DNA of 64,000 nt from contig CBDDCX010000007.1 of NCBI GenBank assembly GCA_965226375.1, positions 576,001-640,000 of the forward strand. Direction: 5' to 3'. This document shows, one piece after another, positions 54,010-64,000 of the stretch. Under the pieces are notes generated by a model. The model was given only the letters and a program-made list of their open reading frames with translations, did not search any database and was not told the origin of the DNA. How positions within the stretch are numbered: position 1 is the first letter of the stretch; each line of letters opens with the position of its first letter. The DNA comes from Longimicrobiales bacterium. GTDB taxonomy: Bacteria > Gemmatimonadota > Gemmatimonadetes > Longimicrobiales > Gaopeijiaceae. A program made the translations under genes and the position numbers.

Positions 54010-56454
54010 GGATCTCCGCGGAGCTCCGGGACCACGAGGCGGCCGGCTCGCTGGCCGAGGAGCTGCCCTACTGGGGCTGGCTCGAGGACGGCCGCACCTG
54101 CCTGACCCGCACGGGCGAGCTGATCGCAGCCGGGTGTCTTGCGCCTGCGGTAGTCGATGGGCGTTCGCCCGAACAGATCGACCGCGTGCTGGGCCGCTGG
54201 CAGCGGTTGCTCTCGGGTTTGGACGCTGACACGCGCCTCTACTTCTATATGCTCCGCCGGCCAAGTCCGCCCGAGGCCGCGGACGACGAGGGCTCCGGCA
54301 TCGTAGCGGTGTCGCAGCGTAAGCGGAGTGCGTTTCTGGCTCGGGCCGCGTGCAGCGGCTCGAAGCCTATCTGGTCTGGTCGCACGATCCCCGTCTCCGG
54401 GCGGTCGCCGACGGGCCAACATCGGGAAGAGCGTCCCGGCTCATGCAGTGGTGGAAGCGCCGCCGAGGGGGCGCGCCCACCTACCTGCGGTCCGAGATCG
54501 AGGCGGCCGCCGCCCGCTTTCGCGCGACGGTGGACGCGGGCCGGGCGCTCGTGGAGGAGCACACGCCGATCGAGATGCTCGAGCCCGCCGAAGCCTCGCG
54601 GCTCCTCTCCGAGCTGATCAACCGTCCGGGCACGATGTGGGACGGCGCGACGGGGAGCGGTATGAACTGGCGGCTCGCCCTCTCGGAGCTCGAGGCGGAG
54701 CGCAGTCACCTGCGCCTCGACGGCGAGCCCGTGATCCTGTACTCGCTTCTGTCGCCACCCGGACAGACGCGGGCGAACCTGCTCCAGGAGCTCTACTGCC
54801 TGGACGCGGTGATGACGGTCTCGCTCGAGTGGCGGCCGTGGGCGATGGAAGCGGCCCGGCGCCGGATCCGTGGCGCGCAGCGCCACTACTTCGCCAGGCG
54901 CTACTCGATGATGGCGCATGTGCAGGAGACGGAGGGCACGGCCGCCGCGATGGTCGACTCGGCCGCGGCGACGGAGTCGGACCGGCTGGGCGAGGCGCTG
55001 GTCGAGCTGGAAGCGGACGGCGTGAGCTACGGCGAGGCCACGCTGACCGTGGCGCTCCACGGCGAGCTTGGGAGCATCGAACGTTTGGACGGCGACCTCC
55101 GTCGACTCTTCGCCGCGCACGACGCGAAGGTGATCCGGGAGGGTTACGGCCAGCTGCCGGCCTGGTTCGCGCGGCTCCCGGCCCAGCCTCGCGGGCGGCA
55201 GGTGCGGAAGGTGTTCGTGTCGGCCGGCGTGGCGGCGTGCCTGGCGCCGCTGTTCGGGCCGCCACGGGGGACGCGGCTAAGAGCCGTCACCTTGGCCGTG
55301 AGTCGCTCACGGTCTTGGAGACCCCGTGGCGCACGGCGTACCACTACGACCTGTTTGCCGGTGATGTGGGCCACACGCTGATGCTCGGCGCGACCGGCTC
55401 GGGCAAGAGCTTCACACTCAACTTCCTCCTGGTCGAGGCGCTCAGGTACGACCCGCGCGTCCTGATTCTGGATCTGGGCGGCTCCTACCGTTGGCTGACC
55501 CGGTTCCTCGGGGGGCGCTACCTGGAGCTGTCGCCCGGCGAGGCGGAGCCCACGCTCCGGCTGCAGCCGTTCGCGCTCCCGGCGGGCACGCGGACGTTCC
55601 AGTTCCTGACGGGCTGGGTGCTCCGGCTGCTGAAGCTCGGCGGTTGGGAAGCGAGCGGGGCGGATACGAGCGAGATCCGGGCCCGGATCGAGGACCTCTA
55701 TGCGTTCGAGCCGGAGCGGCGGACGCTGAGCGTCCTGGCAAGCTCGCTTCCGTCCGCGACGTGGCCGGCCTGGAGCCGTTGGATCGAAGGCGGCGCCTGG
55801 GGCGCGTACTTCGATAACCCGGCCGTCGGAGCGCCGGATCTCGAGTTCGCCGACTGGCAGGTGATCGATCTCGCCGGCGCGGTCGAGCATCCGGATCTCT
55901 GCGACGCGGCGCTCTCCTACCTGCTCGAGCGGATGCGCCTCGAGGTGGAGGATCCGTCCGAGGCGACGCGGCTGAAGCTGATGGTCGTGGACGAAGCCTG
56001 GCGCTACCTGCAGGACCCCGCCGTGCTGAACTACCTGGCCGAGGCGGCGAAGACGTGGCGGAAGAAGAACGCCGCGTTGATCCTCGCCACGCAGTCCGCC
56101 GTGGACGTGACGGCAACGCCCGGCGCTGCGGCGCTCCTCGAGTCGATCCCGACCAAGCTGTTCCTCGCGAACCCGGAGCTCCCCGACGCGGTCGGGGCGC
56201 TGTTCCGGCTGAACGAGTCGGAGCTGGCCCAGGTCCGGGGCCTGATCCCCAAACGCGAGCTCTACCTGCGCCGCCCGGACGGGGCGGCGGTGCTCCGGCT
56301 CGAGGTCGATCCGGAGAGCTACTGGCTCTACACCTCGTCCGCATTGGACGCCGAGGAGCGGGCCCGGGCCGTCGAGCGTCACGGACTCAGCCGGGCCCTC
56401 GAGGTGCTCGCGAGCCGAGACGATCCCACCCCCACCCCCAACGCAAGGAGCTGA
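54006..56454 (+). CDS. virB4: VirB4/TrbE ATPase (frameshifts near 54345 and 55275)
   Basis: DVGHTLMLGATGSGKS; VVDEAW; KTWRKKN; LATQS. Confidence 0.88.
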
Positions 56455-56460
56455 TACGCC

Positions 56461-57341
56461 ATGCGATCCCCGACTACACCCCTCGTTCTAATTGACGCTT
56501 CTCTTGGCGGCGCTTCCCTGCCGGGGCTACCGCCCAGCAGGCGGACGACGACCAAGCGTTCCTCCGAGTGCCGGTCCCGGAGGAGGGGGAGGACCGGATC
56601 CACCGGCTCCGCACCCAAGTCCGTCACACGACGGTCATCGTGCTCCCCGCCGATGAGAACATCCTGGATTTCGTGGTCGGCGACTCGGAGTACTGGCACC
56701 TGACCGGCGCGGCGAATGTCGCGTTCCTGAAGCCCCTGCGGCCGGACGCGGCGACGAACATCGCGCTCGTATGCGAGTCGGGGCGGATCTACTCGTTCCT
56801 GGTGGCCGAGCAGAGCGCCGAGGAGAACGAGCGACCGCCCCATCTGGTCGTGCGCTTCGAGTCCGGAGCAGAGGCGGCGCGGCTCTCCGGCGGCAGCGGC
56901 CGTCCCGCGTTCGTCGCGCGGAGCGAGGTCGCGGCCTACCAGCAGATGGCCGCCGAGGCGGCCGAGGCCGCGCGGAGTGCCCGGGAGGCGGCCGAGGCCG
57001 GCATCCTGGAAGCCCGGACTCAGGCTGAGTCGGCGATCGAGGAGTTCCGTGCCGGCTATCCGGAGCGTCTCGCCTTCGAGTACCGGCTCGACGGGGACGC
57101 GGCGGACCGGCCGTTCCTGGTCGAAGCGATGTGGCACGACGGGCAGTTCACCTACCTCCGGTCCCACGCCCAGGAGTCGCCGGCCCTCTATGAGCTCCGG
57201 GACGGCGAACCGGCGCTCGTGGCCTACGATCTGACGGAGGACGGGCTCTACGTCGCCCGCCATGTGCTGGCCGACGGGTGGCTGCAGATCGGCGACAAGC
57301 GGGCCAGCTGGCGGTTCACGCCCAGGGACGGGCTCCGATGA
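56461..57341 (+). CDS. virB9: VirB9/TrbG (frameshift in signal-peptide region)
   Basis: TTVIVLP..E.I..VVGDSEYW; FLKP; TN; WHDGQFTY; PALY. Confidence 0.82.
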
Positions 57342-58603
57342 GCCGCTGGAAGCAGTGGGTCCGGCCCCCGGAAGGCGCGCTGCCGGGCGGCATCGTGACG
57401 AAGGCGGGCGTGGTGTTGATCGCCGTGCTCGTCGGTGGACTCCTCTTCTCGTGGGCGATGACGGGTCCCCAGGAAGCCGACACTCTCGTAGCCCTGCCCG
57501 AGGCGCAGGCGGTCGACGACGGGATGGGGAGGTCGCTCCAGGCGCGCATTCGGCAAGAGGCCGAGCGGCAGACTCTGGAGGCCGCCGCCCGGGCGCGCGC
57601 CGAGCTCGAGCGCCGGCAGGCTGCGGCCGCCGGGGAGATGGCTCGGCTCCAGACCGAGTCGGAGACGCCGAACACCGCAGCCTTGATCCCAGGCATCGGC
57701 GCGGCCGAGTCGGAGCTTAGGGAGGCGCTTCGGCTGGAGGAGCTGGAGCGAAGAACCCGCTCGCTCCGTGCCCTTCCCGTGGCTCAGTCGTACAGGGATC
57801 CGAACGCGACCGCGGAGTCGTCCGAAGCCGGCACCGGCGATGCGGCCGACGCGGATGTGGCGCTCCTCGAGAACACGGTCCAAGCGGCTCTCGCCTCATT
57901 CGAGCAGTCGGTCGGGGCGCTCGAGGACGAGTTGGCAGCGGAGTTGGCGGCCGGGCAGCTCCTCTCCGGCTCCCCGGGACCTGCCGCACCGCCAAGCTCT
58001 CCTCGCACCCCCGGCACGGCTGAGCCCGGCCGGAGCGTCCGGCCCGCCGACCCGCCGGGTTGGGAGCGGATCTACGAGGGCTCGTTCCTCGAGGCGGTGC
58101 TTCTCACGCAGCTCACGGGCGATTTCCCCGGACCGGTGCTCGCGATGGTCTCGGTCCCGTTCTATTCGGCCGACCGCCAGCGGATCCTGATCCCGCGCGG
58201 CGCACGCGTCGTCGGCACGGCCCGGGCCGTTCAGGACCCGGACCAGAGCCGGCTCGCCGTCGCCTTCCACCGGCTGCTCCTGCCCGACGGCAGCTGGATC
58301 GACCTCGAGTTCACCGGTCTGAACCAGGCGGGCGAGGGCGCCCTTCAGGACCAGGTCGACCGCCACTACTTCAGCACGTTCGCGGCGGCCGGAGCCATCG
58401 GCGTCGTGAGCGGGCTCGCCTTGGCCGGCGGTTCGCCGTTCGGCCTGAGGGCGGGCGTCGGCCAGGGCCTCGGCCAGAGCGCGACCTCGGTTCTCGACCG
58501 GTTCCTGAACCGGCTACCCACGATCACGATCCGCGCGGGCCATCGCCTGCGCATCTGGTTCACGTCCGACGTCCTGGTCCCGAGGGCCGGGACACGGCAA
58601 TAA
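57338..58603 (+). CDS. virB10: VirB10/TrbI
   Basis: L.GDFPGPV; LIPRGARVVG; RL.VAF.RL; VDRHY; PTITIRAG. Confidence 0.9.
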   Translation: MSRWKQWVRPPEGALPGGIVTKAGVVLIAVLVGGLLFSWAMTGPQEADTLVALPEAQAVDDGMGRSLQARIRQEAERQTLEAAARARAELERRQAAAAGEMARLQTESETPNTAALIPGIGAAESELREALRLEELERRTRSLRALPVAQSYRDPNATAESSEAGTGDAADADVALLENTVQAALASFEQSVGALEDELAAELAAGQLLSGSPGPAAPPSSPRTPGTAEPGRSVRPADPPGWERIYEGSFLEAVLLTQLTGDFPGPVLAMVSVPFYSADRQRILIPRGARVVGTARAVQDPDQSRLAVAFHRLLLPDGSWIDLEFTGLNQAGEGALQDQVDRHYFSTFAAAGAIGVVSGLALAGGSPFGLRAGVGQGLGQSATSVLDRFLNRLPTITIRAGHRLRIWFTSDVLVPRAGTRQ

Positions 58604-58620
58604 CACCAAAGGAGCTCATC

Positions 58621-59529
58621 ATGCGTCACAGAACCCTTACCACCGCCCTCTTGGTCTCCATCCTGATGCTCGCGAGCGCAGGGCCGGCAAACGCCCTCTT
58701 CGACATCGGCGGCGTGATTCAGCGTGCCCAGATGATCGTGAACCAAGCGACCCAGATCGCGAACCAGATCCGCCAGATGCGGACGATGACCCGTCAGCTC
58801 ACCGAGCTCGAGGAGCAGCTCGACTACATGAAGGAGGCCGCGAGGGGCGAGGTGGACGCTTTGATCGAGCCGTTCGCGGAGCTGGCGGCCGGATCCATCG
58901 GCCTCGTCGGCGACGACCTCGACTGGGGCTCCGAGTTCAGCGGAGCGGCCGGCGAGCTGGTCGACGCGGTGCGTGGCATGGGGAGCGGCGACTCGTTCAC
59001 CGATGTCTGGCGGAGCGCCCAAGGGGTGGCCGACCAGGTGAGCGAGGCGGACATCCTCGAGCTGTTCCGTAACCGCCCGGCCGAGGCGTCGTCGCGCGCG
59101 GTGGAGGACTACCGCCAGGCCCGTGAGGCAGCCGACCGGCAGCGCGTGCTCGACTACGCGATGATGGACGCCGCGGCCTCGCTCGCCTCGACCGTCGAGA
59201 GCGCCCAGGACTCGTTCGACGACCTGACCGCGAATGGGAACCTGTCCAACACGGCGCTCCAGCAGGCGCAGGTCGCGGCCGCGCTGACGCAGGGCCGGAT
59301 CAACGCCGCCGTGGCGCAGGTGCTCGCCTATCAGGCGGTCGAGCAAGCGAACCGGATGCAGCAGGCCGAGATCGACCGGCTCGAGCGGCTCGCCGAGTGG
59401 AGGGACGCGCGCCTCCGTACGAACGCGATGGCCGATGCGATGCGCACGGCCGCGTTCCAGAATCGCGACCGGCTCCGGGAGGGGCTCCTGTTCAAGATCC
59501 CGTCGTTCTACATGGGCGGCCAGGCGTAG
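58621..59529 (+). CDS. VirB5/TrbJ-like secreted helical protein
   Basis: Signal peptide; NQATQIANQI.Q Gln-rich helix; directly before virB6. Confidence 0.65.
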   Translation: MRHRTLTTALLVSILMLASAGPANALFDIGGVIQRAQMIVNQATQIANQIRQMRTMTRQLTELEEQLDYMKEAARGEVDALIEPFAELAAGSIGLVGDDLDWGSEFSGAAGELVDAVRGMGSGDSFTDVWRSAQGVADQVSEADILELFRNRPAEASSRAVEDYRQAREAADRQRVLDYAMMDAAASLASTVESAQDSFDDLTANGNLSNTALQQAQVAAALTQGRINAAVAQVLAYQAVEQANRMQQAEIDRLERLAEWRDARLRTNAMADAMRTAAFQNRDRLREGLLFKIPSFYMGGQA

Positions 59530-59547
59530 GCCCCGGGAGCGACTGTC

Positions 59548-60558
59548 ATGCAACTCCTGCCACCGCAGTCGATCGATCCGAACGTCCCGGCCCAGATCCC
59601 CGCGGATCAGCTCCAGGACTTCAAGGGGTTCCTGGACGTCGTGCTCGACACCGTGGTCGGCGGCGCCGCGCCCGACGTGCTCACGCTCGGCCACCAGCTG
59701 TGGGGCGGTCTCGCGGCGATCGTCGTCGCCTGGAGCGGGCTCAAGATCGCGTTCAGCGGAACCTTCGAGCCCTGGTCCCTCGTGCGGGTCGTGCTCGGGA
59801 TCGCGATCCCCCGGACGATGCTCCACTACTACAGCGTCCCGATCCCGGGCGTGGGCTTCACGTTCCCGGCCATGGTCGCGGCCGGAGGGATCTGGCTCCA
59901 GAACCTGTTCATCTCCGATGTCGTGTCCGTCGGCTACACGGAGATGACCGCGCTCGTCCAGGCGTTCGCCGCACGGCTCGGCGCGGCATGGTCCGGCGGG
60001 AGCCTGATGACCCTCGTGACCGAGGGCGTGAGCGTGTTCTTCTCGTCCCTCGTCGCGCTGATGATGGGCGTGCCGCTCGTGCTCGGCCTCGTCGCGCTCT
60101 TCTGCCTGACCTACGCGCAGGTGATCTGGGCGCAGGTGGCGCTCGCGATCGTGATCCTGCTCGGCCCCGTGTTCATCCCCTGGCTGCTCTTCGAGCCGCT
60201 CGCGTTCCTGTTCTGGGGATGGTTCCGCACGCTCATGGTCTACACGCTCTACGGCGTCGTAGCCGGTGCCATCCTGAGGGTCTTCATGGGCGTGGGCATG
60301 GGCTACGTCACGACCTATACCGGCGCCCTGATGGGCACCGGCTCCTCCGACCCGGCGGAGCTAGGGCTGTGGGTCGTCGTCCTGCTCCCGCTCGTCGTCT
60401 CCGGCCTGATGGCCGGCATGAAGGTGGGCGAGCTCGCCGCGATGCTCGTCTCCGGCTCCGGATCCGTCGGATCGGGATTCATGGCGCTCGCGGTGCGCGG
60501 CGGCGGACGCCTCAGCGCTGCCGCGAACCCGGCCCGCCCCCCAATCCCCGGAGGCTGA
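59548..60558 (+). CDS. virB6: VirB6/TrbL
   Basis: Multi-TM; LLGPVFIP.LLF..L.FLFWGW. Confidence 0.85.
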   Translation: MQLLPPQSIDPNVPAQIPADQLQDFKGFLDVVLDTVVGGAAPDVLTLGHQLWGGLAAIVVAWSGLKIAFSGTFEPWSLVRVVLGIAIPRTMLHYYSVPIPGVGFTFPAMVAAGGIWLQNLFISDVVSVGYTEMTALVQAFAARLGAAWSGGSLMTLVTEGVSVFFSSLVALMMGVPLVLGLVALFCLTYAQVIWAQVALAIVILLGPVFIPWLLFEPLAFLFWGWFRTLMVYTLYGVVAGAILRVFMGVGMGYVTTYTGALMGTGSSDPAELGLWVVVLLPLVVSGLMAGMKVGELAAMLVSGSGSVGSGFMALAVRGGGRLSAAANPARPPIPGG

Positions 60559-60569
60559 AGGAGACGTCC

Positions 60570-61238
60570 ATGAACCGAGAACACGATGCCGGCCGCGAGT
60601 ACGCGGAGATCTGGGGCGAGACCGTCGAGGCGAACCGGAAGCTCCGGACTCTTGCAATGATTCTCGGAGGAGCGTGCCTCGCGCTCGCCGTGCTCCTGCT
60701 CCGGGTCGCGACCGTCGAGCCGCCTCGGCCGATCGTGGTCCGGGTCGACGAGGTCGGCCGCGCCGAGGCCGTGGCCTACGAGGCCGCAACGGCGCAGGCG
60801 GATCCGCTCGATCCCACGACCAAGTACTTCCTTAACCGGTTCATCGCCGACTTCTACTCCAGGCGCCAGGCGACGGTCGAGGAGCAGTGGACGCGGAGCC
60901 TCCGCTTCCTCTCGACCGAGCTGGCGAACGCCGCGTTCACGAGGGACGGCGCCGAGGTCGCCGCCATGGCGGCTGGCACCGCTAACACTGAGATCCAGGT
61001 CGAGCAGGTCGTGCTCCGCATCCACCCCGCACCGGAGGCGCCGCACGGCGCGACCGCCGACTTCGACCTGGTCCACCTCAGGCAGGGGCAGGAGACCCGG
61101 CGCGAGCGCTGGTCGATCACGCTCCGGTTCACGTTCCTCACCGTCATCCCCTCCCAGCTCGTCGTCTACAACCCGATGGGCATCCTCATCACCTACCTCC
61201 AGGCCGACCGTGCCCTGGTCACGGAGCCGCCCAGGTGA
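60570..61238 (+). CDS. virB8: VirB8/TrbF
   Basis: Single TM; P.VVRVDEVGRA; terminal NPMGI.I. Confidence 0.88.
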   Translation: MNREHDAGREYAEIWGETVEANRKLRTLAMILGGACLALAVLLLRVATVEPPRPIVVRVDEVGRAEAVAYEAATAQADPLDPTTKYFLNRFIADFYSRRQATVEEQWTRSLRFLSTELANAAFTRDGAEVAAMAAGTANTEIQVEQVVLRIHPAPEAPHGATADFDLVHLRQGQETRRERWSITLRFTFLTVIPSQLVVYNPMGILITYLQADRALVTEPPR

Positions 61239-62167
61239 TCGCCCATCTGCGGGGACGGGAAGCGGCGCTCGAGCCGTTCGGTTGGACGGGACGCCAGGCC
61301 GAGTGGATCGCGCTGGCATGCCTCCACAGCGGCGTGTTCACCCGCACCCAGGCGACGCGGTTCCTGGACACGCATCACGAGCGGGCGCGCCGCCTCGTCC
61401 ACGCGCTGATCGCGCAGGGCCTCGCCGCCGAGGAGACCGTGCCGGGCGTTCGGGGGATCGGCCGCGTGTGCCGGATCTTCTCCCGGGGTCTATACCGCGC
61501 GCTCGGAGCCGAGCACATCCGCCACCGCCGCACGGCGTCCGCCGACGTGCTCATGCGCCGCCTGCTCTCGCTCGACTACGTGATCGAGCACTCGGGTCTG
61601 CCCTGGCTCCCGACCGAACCCGAGAAGGTCGCCGCGTTCGAGGCCCTCGGGATCGAGCGCGAGTTGCTGCCCTCGCGCCTCTACCGCGGCGCCGCCGGGG
61701 ACACCCGGCGCTGCTTCCCGCTCAAACTGCCGGTCGCACTGGACTCGGGCCGTGCAGTGTTCGTCTACGTCGATCCCGGACACGACACCTCGACCGCGCT
61801 CCGTTCCTGGGGAGCGGCGCACCGCGGGCTCTGGCTCGCGCTCGCAAACCAAGGCCGGTCCGTCGAGGTCGTCGCCGTCGCCCGCACTTCGCGGGAGATG
61901 GACCGGGCCCTGGCCGTGATGAGCGGCTGGGCTGAGGCGTCCGGCCCCGGCGAGCCCGACGCCGGGATCCGTGAGGAACTTGCCCGGATCGAGCGGGCGA
62001 TCCTTCAGGGCGCGGTCCAGATCCTCGAGGAGTTCGGAGGCCTGCAAGCCGCCCTGAAACGCAGCGTGGCGCTGGAGAAGCAGGCCCGCCGGCAGGCAGG
62101 CCGCGGGGCGATTCACCACGGCGTCGCCTGGCAAACGGTGCGCCTCGCGGGAGCGCGCTACCGGTGA
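61235..62167 (+). CDS. Uncharacterised cytoplasmic protein, translationally coupled to virB8 (putative DNA-processing)
   Basis: GTGA overlap; no TM or signal peptide; possible N-terminal winged helix; basic RHRR patch. Confidence 0.7.
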   Translation: MIAHLRGREAALEPFGWTGRQAEWIALACLHSGVFTRTQATRFLDTHHERARRLVHALIAQGLAAEETVPGVRGIGRVCRIFSRGLYRALGAEHIRHRRTASADVLMRRLLSLDYVIEHSGLPWLPTEPEKVAAFEALGIERELLPSRLYRGAAGDTRRCFPLKLPVALDSGRAVFVYVDPGHDTSTALRSWGAAHRGLWLALANQGRSVEVVAVARTSREMDRALAVMSGWAEASGPGEPDAGIREELARIERAILQGAVQILEEFGGLQAALKRSVALEKQARRQAGRGAIHHGVAWQTVRLAGARYR

Positions 62168-62445
62168 CGACCGGCGCGCGTCTCATGGCCGCACTGGAGT
62201 GCGCAAACGACGCGGGGGGCCGATGCGCACTTTGGCCCTCCGGCGATGCGCGCCGGTGCTACGGAGTAAGCCACGACACGGCCACGTCTTGCGCCTACAC
62301 GCCCAGATAGAATCCCCTGATGTTTATTATCGTCCATTAGAGTCTATAACATACTGTATTACAACACTTTGTGATCTTCACGCAGTCCCTCGTATTCCTC
62401 ACAACGTCTCTTGATATCCACTACCATCCCTTATATTATGAGGTA

Positions 62446-63681
62446 ATGTATGACGTAACGAACACCACCGATCCGCCCCGGAAAACCAAGCCCAAGGGCC
62501 GCCATCCCGACAAGGCCCTGTCGGCCGCCTTTGTGCGTACCGCCCCGCCGGGCAGGCATTGCGACGGTAACGGGCTCTACCTCTTCGTTCAGCCGAGCGG
62601 TGCCCGGAGCTGGGTTCAACGCCTGGTCATCCGCGGTCGGCGTCGTGACTTCGGACTCGGCAGCGTCGCGCTGGTCTCGCTCGCCGAAGCACGTGAGAAG
62701 GCGCGAGCGAACCGCAAGTTGGCCCGTGAGGGCGGCGACCCCCTTGCGGAGAAACGCCGCGCCCGGGGCATGCCGAGCTTTGCGGAAGCGGCCGCAAAGG
62801 TGGTGGAGCAGAAGCGGACCGGTTGGCGCAATCCGAAGCAGGCCCACGACTGGATGTCGAGCCTCGAGCGGTACGCCTTCCCGCGCATTGGCGAGATGGC
62901 GGTGTCGGATGTGACGAGCGCCGATGTGCTGGAGATCCTCACTCTGATCTGGCACGTGAAGGCAGCCTTGGCGCGAAACGTGCGATGGAGGATCCGGGCG
63001 GTGCTGGAGTGGGCCGTGGCGATGGAGCTCAGGACCGACAACCCCTGCGACCGGCTCGGCTCGGTGCTAAGCCCCCAGCATGACGTGGTGCAGCACCTGC
63101 GGGCGTTGCCGCATCGCGAGGTGGCATCGGCGATCGAGGCGGCACGAACATCGGAGGCGGAGCCAGCCGTCCGTCTGGCGTTCGAGTTCCTGGTGCTGAC
63201 GGCGGCGAGGTGGAGCGAGGTGCGGTGGGCCGAGTGGGCTGAGATCGATCGGAAGGAGGCGGTGTGGACGGTTCCCCCGGCGCGCATGAAGGCGAGGCGG
63301 GAGCACCGGGTGCCGCTATGTGGCCGAGCGATGCAGATCCTAGAGGAGGCTCGGAAGCTCGGAGACGGCAGCCCCCTCGTGTTCACTCTTGGGGATGGGC
63401 AACCGATTTTCGACAAGCGGCTGCGCCGACTACTCCGAAAGCTCGAGATCGCGGCCGTGCCGCATGGGTTCCGGTCGAGCTTCCGCGACTGGGCGGCCGA
63501 AGAGACGGACTATCCGCGTGAGGTCGTCGAGGCCGCGCTGGCGCATGTGGTGAAGAACAAGGTCGAGGCGGCCTACAGGCGAACGGACCTGTTCGAGCGC
63601 CGGCGCCGGCTCATGGACGACTGGACGGCCTACTTGGCCGGCGAGCGTGGAGATGCAGCCGACGTCAGGCCGGTCCGTTGA
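62446..63681 (+). CDS. P4-type tyrosine integrase with arm-DNA-binding domain
   Basis: DGNGLYL; TAAR..E; MKA.REH.VPL; HGFRSSFRDW; LAH; AAY: all catalytic residues present. Confidence 0.93.
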   Translation: MYDVTNTTDPPRKTKPKGRHPDKALSAAFVRTAPPGRHCDGNGLYLFVQPSGARSWVQRLVIRGRRRDFGLGSVALVSLAEAREKARANRKLAREGGDPLAEKRRARGMPSFAEAAAKVVEQKRTGWRNPKQAHDWMSSLERYAFPRIGEMAVSDVTSADVLEILTLIWHVKAALARNVRWRIRAVLEWAVAMELRTDNPCDRLGSVLSPQHDVVQHLRALPHREVASAIEAARTSEAEPAVRLAFEFLVLTAARWSEVRWAEWAEIDRKEAVWTVPPARMKARREHRVPLCGRAMQILEEARKLGDGSPLVFTLGDGQPIFDKRLRRLLRKLEIAAVPHGFRSSFRDWAAEETDYPREVVEAALAHVVKNKVEAAYRRTDLFERRRRLMDDWTAYLAGERGDAADVRPVR

Positions 63682-63738
63682 TCTGAGCTGAACACATATC
63701 AGACGACGGTGTGCGTGCGGGTGCGCCTCTCTCCCTGG

Positions 63739-63775
63739 TGACCTGCCCCCGTTTCCATAGGTTCCGGAGTCACCT
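63739..63775. mobile_element. Possible IS3-type terminal inverted repeat
   Basis: Starts TGACCTGCCCCC; partner end not in window. Confidence 0.3.
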
Positions 63776-64000
63776 TTGAAGGCGTGTCGCGCGCTTTGCT
63801 CGGCACTTTCGCCTGCGTGGCGTTGCCTCCCCCGCCCGGTAGTGGCCCAGTCCGGCTGATTGCCTTTATGCGCGGATCATCGCCCTCAGACCCGGGCTGT
63901 GCACCATCGCCTGAACCTGAGCCTCCAGTTCATCTGAGAACCGGGCGGACTCCCGGGAGGTGGTCGCCGCCCGGGAGGTCTCCGCGAAGGTAGCTCCCGT

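Noticed and set aside
54006..56600. Programmed frameshifting in virB4/virB9
   Set aside because: No slippery motifs; scattered indels occur throughout the window and look like sequencing error or decay

Overview
GC-rich bacterial DNA; the gene content (M14/M20 peptidases, TolB-BamA fusion, 'MSDPxxRLNAAL' Ser/Thr kinase) resembles Gemmatimonadota, which is inference. Bases 1-18.7 kb are ordinary core-type genes ending at a tRNA-Sec (selC, 18801-18897). Everything after selC is a mosaic accessory region in five parts. (1) A dead tyrosine-integrase tail and a truncated IS1595. (2) A ~16 kb zone of unrelated genes and gene fragments, separated by three families of recurring intergenic repeats and by at least one complete integron-type attC site; no integron integrase is in view. 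This zone also holds a NACHT NTPase with a G20 tract, two IS3 elements, a tRNA-Ser 3' remnant and an IS110 fragment. (3) A type I restriction-modification locus. (4) A giant Fn3/Calx-beta autotransporter-like adhesin split by IS256. (5) A compact integrative module: Cro-AlpA, virB2-B3-B4-B9-B10-B5-B6-B8, an uncharacterised 310-aa gene and an intact P4-type integrase, with no virB11, virD4 or recognisable relaxase visible. There are many single-base frameshifts, so sequencing/assembly error cannot be separated from real decay.
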